From the NCBI GenBank assembly GCA_028710695.1, contig JAQTTP010000009.1:1-29311 (forward strand): a stretch of DNA of 29,311 nucleotides. Reading direction: 5' to 3'. Each line of letters starts with the position of its first letter. The stretch's first letter is position 1. Of the stretch, positions 7,439 through 14,970 are shown piece after piece. The position numbers and the translations under genes are program-made. Source of the stretch: Candidatus Iainarchaeum sp. GTDB lineage: Archaea; Iainarchaeota; Iainarchaeia; Iainarchaeales; 0-14-0-20-30-16. A model generated the notes under the pieces. That model was not told the DNA's origin. It searched no databases and saw only the letters and a program-made list of their open reading frames with translations.

Positions 7439-7509
7439 GCCTTGGGTGGGAATTGAACCCACAACCTACTGCTTACGAAGCAGTTGCTCTACCATTAAGC
7501 TACAAAGGC
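7438..7509 (-). tRNA. tRNA-Thr (anticodon CGU), 72 nt, no encoded CCA
   Basis: Hand fold: GCCTTTG TA GCTT AATGGTA GAGC A ACTGC TTCGTAA GCAGT AGGTT GTGGG TTCAATT CCCAC CCAAGGC T. The anticodon is CGU, and there is a U6-C67 mismatch. An AT-rich box (7533-7545) lies about 25-35 nt upstream. Confidence 0.85.
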
Positions 7510-7561
7510 ATAATAATTTATAGCAGGGGATATTTTTATTTAATGTAGTTGGCACAGTGAT

Positions 7562-8116
7562 ATGGTTATGATGAATATAGATGTGTGGTTGTTCCAGGCA
7601 ATAAATGGGCTTGCTGGCAAAAGCGTTTTCTGGGATAACTTTATGTACTATTTTTCAATAATTTCTCCATACCTGTTTGTTATTTTGCTGATTTTTGCAT
7701 ATGTTTACTACAAGGATTCAATGATCTTTGTAAAGGCTTTATTTGTGATTGGGCTGTGTTTTTTGTTTAAAGGGCTTTTGGGGTTATTTTTCTTTAGAGA
7801 CAGGCCTTTTGTAGCTTTAAAAAATGTTAATTTTATTGGAAATCATGATCCTACAAGTTCAATGCCGAGTGGGCATACAATGTTTTCTTTTGGTGCTTTT
7901 TTCCCAACTTTGGAGTTTAAGAACTGGCTTACTTGGTTAATGCTTTTTTTAGCAATTCTGACTGCATTTTCAAGAGTATATTTGGGTTACCATTATCCTT
8001 CTGATATACTTGTGGGAATATTAGTCTCTGGGTTTTTCTACTTGGTAGTTTACTATATTTTTGAGCATCCATTTGTGAAGAAGAAGATAGATAAGATAAG
8101 AAACAAATATAAATAA
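7562..8116 (+). CDS. PAP2-family (type 2 phosphatidic acid / polyprenyl-diphosphate) phosphatase, integral membrane
   Basis: All three PAP2 motifs are present: KGLLGLFFFRDRP (KxxxxxxRP), MPSGHT (PSGH) and SRVYLGYHYPSD (SRxxxxxHxxxD). Multiple TM helices. Confidence 0.85.
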   Translation: MVMMNIDVWLFQAINGLAGKSVFWDNFMYYFSIISPYLFVILLIFAYVYYKDSMIFVKALFVIGLCFLFKGLLGLFFFRDRPFVALKNVNFIGNHDPTSSMPSGHTMFSFGAFFPTLEFKNWLTWLMLFLAILTAFSRVYLGYHYPSDILVGILVSGFFYLVVYYIFEHPFVKKKIDKIRNKYK

Positions 8117-8169
8117 ATATAACTATCTTATACTGAGTACCTTGACAATAAAGTAAAAAGTGAAGTATT

Positions 8170-9942
8170 ATGGTGGATTATAAATTTGAAGAAAACAGTA
8201 ATGATTTCTCTAATTATGGGCTTGGAGAGGACGAGCCACAAAAACCAAAAACAGATTATATGGGCATTTTTAAAAAATATTACAAATACCTGGTTGTGGT
8301 TGTAATACTTTGTGTTGTAATTTATCTTGGATATTATTTGTTTTTTGCAAATAGAGCAGAGGTTTCTTTTTCAGTAACTAACTTTGCTGATACATCACAA
8401 TATTCCTCAATAATTATTTACAAAGATAACAAAGTTTATGAAACTGTGGGAGTGGGCGATTTAATTAAACTTAAGTATGGTGAATATCAAGTTGAACTTG
8501 ACGGCTTGAAAGAAAATGCTTACTTACCTGTATATCAAAAAATAATTACGGTTGACGAGTATAGCGCAGGACAAACATATTCTATTTATGTTTACCCGGA
8601 TTGGGTTGGAAAAATATCTTCTTTCTCTGCAACGATCCCTGAAACAGTATACATTGGCGGGAATTTAGAAATAACTGTAAAAATTGATTATTCTGATGCT
8701 GAGAAAGCAATAACTATATTGGGCTCTGGAGATTTGAAAGATAGAGTAGAGGAAATAGTTTCTCTAAAGAAAGGTATGAACGAGTTTAAAATAAATGTTG
8801 AATTGCCAAGCGATAAAACAAGCTTTTCTGGTGGGATTTATATTGATGGTGTAAGTGACAAAGACACAAAGTATGGAAAAAAGTTTACTGGTGTTACTTT
8901 AAAGAAAGCACCAAATGTAAATATTCCAAACTTGAAATCATTTGGAAGTATTTCTGCAGGGACTAGCAAAGAAATAGATCTTGTAATAAAAAACCAGAGT
9001 AATGAAACAATAAAGGACGTACAAGTTAGCTTAGAAAGCATAGATACTGCGGGAGATCTGACTGTAGACACAGTAAAAGACTGGATTGTATTTCCCCAGA
9101 AGTTTGATATTGAACCACAAAAACAAGCAACTAAAAAAATTACTTTGAATTTGCCTATTGATGCTTCAAATACAAAGATTACTTTTAATTTTAAAATCTC
9201 TAATAATTTCTTGAATAAAACTGCAGTTTCTGATGTAGAAGTAAAACAAGCAGACATTGCTTTTGAAGATAGTATGGACTTGGGAACAATAATGGCTGGC
9301 CAAACAAAGAATCAGCTAATCACTGTGAAAAATAATACTAATTATGGAATTACCTTGACTTTGGCAGTTGATTCTTCTACAGCAATAAATAATGCGAATT
9401 CGGAATCCTGGGTGAGTCTTATAGATAAACAAAAGGATATTGCTGGAAATGATGAAACATCCTTTGCAGTAGAGATAAAGCCAATTTTGACTGCTAAGAA
9501 TGATAATATTGAATTAGTTCTTACTCTGTCAAATAATTTCTTTTCAAAAGAGATAAAAATGAATTATAAACTTGAGGAAATAGACTTCGGGTTTAATATT
9601 GGGCTTGCAGAGAAATTCACTTTGCAAAAATATACTGAAGACTATGTTGAAAAGTTTAAAAAAATAAATGATTTTGTTTCTTTAAATAATACTGGTTCTA
9701 TTGGCTTTACTATTGACACCCTTTATACAAACGTAGAATGTAAAAAATTTATGACAATTACTTTACCAACAGATAAGGTAGTGCCATCAAAAGCAGAAAT
9801 AAAATATCCAATAGCAGTGTCATCAATAAATCTTAATATTCCAGAAGCAACACCTTGTTATATGTATGTTGATTATATTAACCCTTTAACTGGTATAAAG
9901 GACACAAAATCCAAAGCATTTATTGTTGAACGTAGTAGCTAA
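8170..9942 (+). CDS. type II membrane-anchored surface protein with Ig/CARDB-like beta-sandwich repeats (590 aa)
   Basis: Acidic cytoplasmic N-tail of about 37 aa, a single TM (YLVVVVILCVVIYLGYYLFF), then repeated segments of the CARDB-like form x-V-K-N-x-S/T-N-x-x-I/L (LVIKNQSNETIKDVQVSL, ITVKNNTNYGITLTL). Many N-x-S/T sequons. Confidence 0.7.
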   Translation: MVDYKFEENSNDFSNYGLGEDEPQKPKTDYMGIFKKYYKYLVVVVILCVVIYLGYYLFFANRAEVSFSVTNFADTSQYSSIIIYKDNKVYETVGVGDLIKLKYGEYQVELDGLKENAYLPVYQKIITVDEYSAGQTYSIYVYPDWVGKISSFSATIPETVYIGGNLEITVKIDYSDAEKAITILGSGDLKDRVEEIVSLKKGMNEFKINVELPSDKTSFSGGIYIDGVSDKDTKYGKKFTGVTLKKAPNVNIPNLKSFGSISAGTSKEIDLVIKNQSNETIKDVQVSLESIDTAGDLTVDTVKDWIVFPQKFDIEPQKQATKKITLNLPIDASNTKITFNFKISNNFLNKTAVSDVEVKQADIAFEDSMDLGTIMAGQTKNQLITVKNNTNYGITLTLAVDSSTAINNANSESWVSLIDKQKDIAGNDETSFAVEIKPILTAKNDNIELVLTLSNNFFSKEIKMNYKLEEIDFGFNIGLAEKFTLQKYTEDYVEKFKKINDFVSLNNTGSIGFTIDTLYTNVECKKFMTITLPTDKVVPSKAEIKYPIAVSSINLNIPEATPCYMYVDYINPLTGIKDTKSKAFIVERSS

Positions 9943-9945
9943 GAG

Positions 9946-11049
9946 ATGATAATTATGCCCGGAGAGAACGAAGAAGTAATTATTCAAAGTATTAAGAAAC
10001 TTTTAAGCCTAAAGCTTACTGATGATGAAATTATTGAGAATCTTCTTGATGCTGGATTAGAAGAAGATTATGCCCGAGATATATTGGCATCAATTAAGAA
10101 AGAAAAGGAAGTATCAAAAGAGAAAACAGCCCCCACTAAAACCAAGGTCCCTACCAGCAAAGATGATAATGTTTGGGATGAGGGTGTTTTAAGTGTTATA
10201 AATCAGAAATTAGAAGAAATTAGTGAAAAAGAAAGAAATATTGGGCAAGCAATAAAGAAAGAAACACAGGTAATAGTTGAAAAAGAATTGGAGAAGATAA
10301 AAGTTGTATTGGACTCGCAAAGAATTTTACTTGTAAATAAAGTAAACAGTGCAGTAAGTGATACTACTGCTGGTGCAAATAAGAAGATAGAAGATTCTCT
10401 TAAGGAAATTGTTGAATTTGAAGAAAGAATAAACAAGAAATCAGACGAATTGCTGATGAATTATAAGCTTTTGAAGGAGCTTCAAGATTCTATTTCAAAG
10501 CAGGTGGAAGAGTTCCCACGCCTAAAAGAAGAACTATTTGCTAAATTTGAAAAAGATGCAAGCAAATACCAAAATAATTATGATGCTTTACTGGAAAAAT
10601 ATGATGAGAAATTCAAAGACATTGATAATAAACTTAACAATACAATGAGCCTGGCAACGAAGATTGTTGAGGGGCTGGTTGAAACCGGGAAAAAGAAGAT
10701 TGATGATATTGCAAAAAGCAAAAATAAGGAAGAAGTAAGTGGAATATCAGACAAAATTAAAGAGTTTGAGGTCACAAAATCAAAGATGATAAAAGAGATT
10801 GCAAAAATCGAAGAAATTAGAGAAGAATATGAGAAAAAACGCGGGGAAGACATAAAGCAAGCAGTTAAAATGTATTTGGATCAGAATATGGCAGGGATCT
10901 TGAAATCTGCTAAACAGAAGGAAGATACTGAAGGCCAAGAAGTATTTAAGGAGCAGATAGGAAATTTGGTAAAAAAGCTTCAGAGAGATGTAGAAGAATT
11001 GAAATCTCCAAAGAAAGTAGCCCCCAAGGCAAAAGTAACGAAAAAGTAA
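9946..11049 (+). CDS. cytoplasmic coiled-coil protein (367 aa) with small N-terminal helical domain
   Basis: No signal peptide or TM. N-terminus: IIQSIKKLLSLKLTDDEIIENLLDAGLEEDYARDILASIKK. This is followed by about 280 aa of K/E-rich heptad-like sequence. The gene starts 4 nt after the upstream stop, and ATG 9955 with GAGATGA 5 nt upstream is an alternative start. Confidence 0.65.
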   Translation: MIIMPGENEEVIIQSIKKLLSLKLTDDEIIENLLDAGLEEDYARDILASIKKEKEVSKEKTAPTKTKVPTSKDDNVWDEGVLSVINQKLEEISEKERNIGQAIKKETQVIVEKELEKIKVVLDSQRILLVNKVNSAVSDTTAGANKKIEDSLKEIVEFEERINKKSDELLMNYKLLKELQDSISKQVEEFPRLKEELFAKFEKDASKYQNNYDALLEKYDEKFKDIDNKLNNTMSLATKIVEGLVETGKKKIDDIAKSKNKEEVSGISDKIKEFEVTKSKMIKEIAKIEEIREEYEKKRGEDIKQAVKMYLDQNMAGILKSAKQKEDTEGQEVFKEQIGNLVKKLQRDVEELKSPKKVAPKAKVTKK

Positions 11050-11061
11050 AGTAAGAATGAT

Positions 11062-11805
11062 GTGATTTTTATGGTTCTTAAGTTAATGTGCCCAAAGTGC
11101 GGCAGACAGGTAAAGAAGGAAGAGTTTTTGGGTAAAATATGTAGGGTGTGCTTTGAAGAGCAGAACCCAGAGCCTATGACTCTAAAAATAAGTTCTATTC
11201 CTCTATGTACTAATTGTGGAAAAATCTATGGGCACAAATGGCTTCCTAGGAAGCAAACCTGGGATGTAATAAAATCTAATATAAAATTTAGCCAAGATAA
11301 TTTATACGTAATTTCGTATACTTTAAAAGATATAATCATGAGTGGGCGACAAGGAGTTCAAGTAAATATAAGGTATTATTACAAACACGGCGGAAAGAAA
11401 ATTGTAAAAACTTTTTCTAAAGCCTTGTTCCTGAAGACAACGACCTGCCCAGTATGTGGAAAGATAAAAGGGAACTACCATGAGGCAATAATCCAGATAA
11501 GGTACGAAGGAAAAGAAGAGCCTAAAGGAGTATGGACGCTTATAGAACAAACAATAAGGCCTTATGAGGAAGAAAATACTATTGCAATACAAGATAAAGG
11601 ATACTTAAAAACTGGGGGCTATGACCTGAATATTACTTTAAAAACCATAGCGAATACAATTGTAAAGAACCTGAGAAATGCCTTTCAGCCAGAATACAAG
11701 ATTAGTCACAGGCTTGTTGGATTTGATATGCCTGCAAGTAAGAAGAAGTATAAAACCACTTATATGCTTAGATTTAAGCCAAAACAAGAAGCTGAAAGCT
11801 TATAA
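11062..11805 (+). CDS. NMD3-family zinc-ribbon protein (archaeal large-subunit biogenesis/export-adaptor homologue)
   Basis: The CxxC layout follows the NMD3 N-terminal domain: CPKCG...CRVCFEE...PLCTNCGKIYGHKW, then CPVCGKIKGNYHEAIIQIRYEG (compare the NMD3 C-x-x-C...W-x-A-x-[IV]-Q-[IV]-R pattern). The start is probably ATG 11071 or 11089. Confidence 0.6.
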   Translation: MIFMVLKLMCPKCGRQVKKEEFLGKICRVCFEEQNPEPMTLKISSIPLCTNCGKIYGHKWLPRKQTWDVIKSNIKFSQDNLYVISYTLKDIIMSGRQGVQVNIRYYYKHGGKKIVKTFSKALFLKTTTCPVCGKIKGNYHEAIIQIRYEGKEEPKGVWTLIEQTIRPYEEENTIAIQDKGYLKTGGYDLNITLKTIANTIVKNLRNAFQPEYKISHRLVGFDMPASKKKYKTTYMLRFKPKQEAESL

Positions 11806-11827
11806 AATGTAATAATTTATATTTATT

Positions 11828-13618
11828 ATGAGAGGATTCGCGATGAACTATAGAAATGTAATCTATATCTTTGGATTAATGTTCTTTTTTGGTGTTGTTT
11901 TTGGAACAAGTATGTTGGGTGTTACAAGTTATAATGACCCATATTCTTTTTGTGTGAACAGTATTGGTTCTAATCCAGAGGGAATTGATTGTAAAAAATA
12001 CCTTTCTCAGTCTGAGAGCTTAGAGAAGTATATGAATTTTGCTTACAACCCAGAGATAGACGATAGCAAATATTTAGATTGTTTATTTTCAGAAAAGAAA
12101 AACACCCTTGATTTTGTAAAAATGAAGGATATTTGCCTGAAAAAAATCGTTAGTGATAATCAGGTAAAGAAGCAGTTAGATTTGTTTAAGGTAAATTGTA
12201 CAACAAACTATAACCCTCTTGAAGGTGCTCTTGAAGCAGGTAAGTCATTTAAATTAGAAGTGAATTGTAAGGGTGTTGTGCCAGCAACTTGTTATAATTT
12301 GGATGTAAATTTTGATCAAAGCGATTTGGGGTTTGGATTTGATACTTATAGAATTATCCCAATAATAAACAAAGGAGAATCTTGCCTAGATTATGCTGTG
12401 TTTAGATTCTTGAAGAAGGAATATGATATTACTCCTAAATCAGGGTCTCTAATAGTTAATGTGGAACAACCAACAATTATTTCTTCCACAGGGGCTGAAT
12501 TAGATTACTCGTCTTTAATAGATACAAGTAAAACAGAAAGTGAAATAAATTTGCTTTCTGCACCTGAGAAAGAGTACTACTCTTGTCTTTCTAAGTATGC
12601 TTTGTTTTCTAAGAAAACAGAAAGCAAAATAGAAATTCCGGATAATGGAAAGATAACTGTTGCAAGTTATGCAGATCTTAGAAAGAATTGTGCTGATAAG
12701 GTGCTTTATGCTACTAAGGTAAACATGGAACCTTTGCTTAAGTCAAAAGAGATAGTAAAAAAGAACATGGTATTCCTTCTGAAGAATGTGGCTTATATAG
12801 ACCCTAATACTGATTTGGATAAATTGATTAACAGCCTTGATTACTACTATAAAATTTATGAAACTAATATGAAAATAACTGAGAACCCTGACATGTCAAA
12901 AGTTAAATTTATTCTTGATCTGACATATGTCCTAGATTGCTATATTTTGAAGAAGCAGCAGCTAAGCAAGAGTGAAATGCAACAGTATGATACAGAACTT
13001 TTGAATACTCTTGAAATTAATATTTATGACCGATTGTATAGTAAAAAGAACAGAGAGCCAACAATAAAGGAATTTATTGCCGAGATAAATGACCTTCTGG
13101 GTGTTGGAGAATATGCAAGCATAAAGGATTCTGTTATTACTAGTTTTGTGATAAGCAAATTCCAGAACTCAATAGACACAAACGAGAACATAGAAATCTC
13201 CGCAACAAAGGACTACTTCTTTGTAGAAGGGGTAAAGCTATCTGCTGAGTTTAAGAATCTGAAGATTACAAACTATGACTTTAATCTTTCTGATGGTTTG
13301 ATTGCAATAACTTCTGGGAAGAATACAGTTTACTCAGAACTTCCTGTAAAGCTTGTAAATGGAAAGGACTTGTATATTGATGAAATAAAGGTAACTTGGT
13401 TGAAGGATGATGTGGTTGATCCTGCATCAGTAAAGTCTTATAACATAACTGTAAGCAAGGAAAGTGGCCATATCTTATATCTTGTAGAGAAAGCAGAGAC
13501 TAAGAAGCTACTTGGATTCATTACTATCCAGGAAGTTATAACTGATGTCTATAATGCAGAAACAGGACTTAAGATTAAGGTAAAGAAACCATGGTGGGAC
13601 TTCATGGTTACTGGGTGA
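11828..13618 (+). CDS. secreted/anchored Cys-containing hypothetical protein (596 aa)
   Basis: N-terminal hydrophobic signal/anchor (VIYIFGLMFFFGVVFG) and scattered Cys pairs in the first 300 aa. I recognise no catalytic motif. It lies 22 nt after the upstream gene. Confidence 0.65.
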   Translation: MRGFAMNYRNVIYIFGLMFFFGVVFGTSMLGVTSYNDPYSFCVNSIGSNPEGIDCKKYLSQSESLEKYMNFAYNPEIDDSKYLDCLFSEKKNTLDFVKMKDICLKKIVSDNQVKKQLDLFKVNCTTNYNPLEGALEAGKSFKLEVNCKGVVPATCYNLDVNFDQSDLGFGFDTYRIIPIINKGESCLDYAVFRFLKKEYDITPKSGSLIVNVEQPTIISSTGAELDYSSLIDTSKTESEINLLSAPEKEYYSCLSKYALFSKKTESKIEIPDNGKITVASYADLRKNCADKVLYATKVNMEPLLKSKEIVKKNMVFLLKNVAYIDPNTDLDKLINSLDYYYKIYETNMKITENPDMSKVKFILDLTYVLDCYILKKQQLSKSEMQQYDTELLNTLEINIYDRLYSKKNREPTIKEFIAEINDLLGVGEYASIKDSVITSFVISKFQNSIDTNENIEISATKDYFFVEGVKLSAEFKNLKITNYDFNLSDGLIAITSGKNTVYSELPVKLVNGKDLYIDEIKVTWLKDDVVDPASVKSYNITVSKESGHILYLVEKAETKKLLGFITIQEVITDVYNAETGLKIKVKKPWWDFMVTG

Positions 13619-13625
13619 TATTTAT

Positions 13626-13922
13626 ATGGTTTCATATAATGGAAAATGGTCTTTAGGCCTTGGAATTGCTAGTATTATTTTTTTTGTTCTTGGTTATCTT
13701 GGCCCCTCGATTGGATTCCATCCAAGTAATTTTTTGGAGTTGCTGTCGGGCCGTTGGCCATTTTTTGTAGTCTTTATTTTAAGCTTTGTTTCGGTTGGAA
13801 CTAGCTTATTAGCAATTATTAAAGATAAAGATAGATTTGTATTTTTGTATATTGTTGGTATTATTAATTTATTGATTTTTTTACTTGTGCTTATCAATTT
13901 TATAAATTATATTAATTGGTAA
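13626..13922 (+). CDS. small integral membrane protein (98 aa, about 3 TM)
   Basis: GGGTGAT SD 7 nt upstream of ATG 13626. Three hydrophobic segments. Confidence 0.55.
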   Translation: MVSYNGKWSLGLGIASIIFFVLGYLGPSIGFHPSNFLELLSGRWPFFVVFILSFVSVGTSLLAIIKDKDRFVFLYIVGIINLLIFLLVLINFINYINW

Positions 13923-13961
13923 CTGCATAAGAATTAATATTTTTTGGTGCCTATTTTAAGT

Positions 13962-14909
13962 ATGGTAATGAAGGAAATAGTTGCTAAGCATATCCTTACT
14001 AAATCTAATCTGCCGGACTCTGATTTTGTTATTAATCCTTATACTGGATGTACTCACGCCTGTATCTATTGCTATGCGCGGTTTATGAAAAGATTTACTA
14101 ATCACCCTGAAGAGTGGGGCAAGTTTATAGATGTGAAAATTAATGCCCCTGAACTTGTGAGCAGGGATATGCAAAAGTATAAGGGAGAATTTATTACTAT
14201 TGGGTCTGTTACTGATCCTTATAATCCCGCCGAACGCAAATATAAAATCACAAGGCAGATTCTTGAGAAGCTCTTGCCTTATCAGCCAGAGTTTGATATT
14301 CTTACAAAATCTAATCTTGTATTGCGAGATCTGGATCTTCTGAAGAAGTTTAAGAAGCTTATAGTTGCCATTTCTCTTTCCACTCTTGATCCCAATATCT
14401 CCAAGCAAACAGAACCTTTTGCATATCTTCCTGCCGAACGTATTAATATCTTAAAATCACTTCACAAAGAAGGAATACACACTGCTTTATTTATTTCTCC
14501 AATATTTCCTTATATTACTGACTGGAAAGCCGTCATCCTGAAGACAAAAGGATTTGTAGATGAGTATTGGTTTGAGAATCTTAATCTTTATCCTTCTATA
14601 AGAGGTAATATATTATCATTTTTAGAGTCAAAAGATTGGGGGCTTATAGACAAATACAGAAAGATCTATTCTCCTATAAGCACTTACTGGGAAGATATGG
14701 AAAAAGAGATAAAGGCTTTTTGTAAAGAACAAAAAGTGAAAGGGACTGTTTATTTTCATCATAATGTAAGCAAAAAACCAGTTTTTGAAACTGAGTTAGT
14801 TATAAGGAAAATAAATCAAATAGAAGCAGAAATAAAGGCCGGAAAGAGAAAGCTTGTGGGTAGAGAAGAGGCATTTAAAGAATATCCTGAACTCAAGGGA
14901 TTACTTTAA
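13962..14909 (+). CDS. radical SAM protein, SplB/DNA-repair-photolyase-like (COG1533-type)
   Basis: INPYTGCTHACIYCYARF contains the CxxxCxxC cluster in the context typical of this subfamily. The track ORF starts at TTG 13944, but ATG 13962 or 13968 is more likely. Confidence 0.75.
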   Translation: MVMKEIVAKHILTKSNLPDSDFVINPYTGCTHACIYCYARFMKRFTNHPEEWGKFIDVKINAPELVSRDMQKYKGEFITIGSVTDPYNPAERKYKITRQILEKLLPYQPEFDILTKSNLVLRDLDLLKKFKKLIVAISLSTLDPNISKQTEPFAYLPAERINILKSLHKEGIHTALFISPIFPYITDWKAVILKTKGFVDEYWFENLNLYPSIRGNILSFLESKDWGLIDKYRKIYSPISTYWEDMEKEIKAFCKEQKVKGTVYFHHNVSKKPVFETELVIRKINQIEAEIKAGKRKLVGREEAFKEYPELKGLL

Positions 14910-14910
14910 A

Positions 14911-14941
14911 ATAAAAAAAAGGGGAAGAGGCCGGAGCCTCT
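14911..14941 (-). terminator. GC-rich hairpin plus T8 run downstream of the 712-aa gene (read on minus strand)
   Basis: AGAGGC (14926-14931), loop CGGA, GCCTCT (14936-14941). On the minus strand the hairpin is followed by TTCCCC then TTTTTTTT (14920-14913). It lies 30 nt beyond the stop at 14971, between convergent genes. Confidence 0.45.
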
Positions 14942-14970
14942 ATGGTCTAAATCATTGATTTAAGATTTCA

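Noticed and set aside
4009-14909. Possible AmmeMemoRadiSam system (AMMECR1 plus a radical SAM protein)
   Set aside because: The two genes are about 9 kb apart and in different transcription units, and no Memo-like gene is present. The radical SAM protein has the SplB/COG1533-type N-terminus rather than that of the AmmeMemoRadiSam activase.
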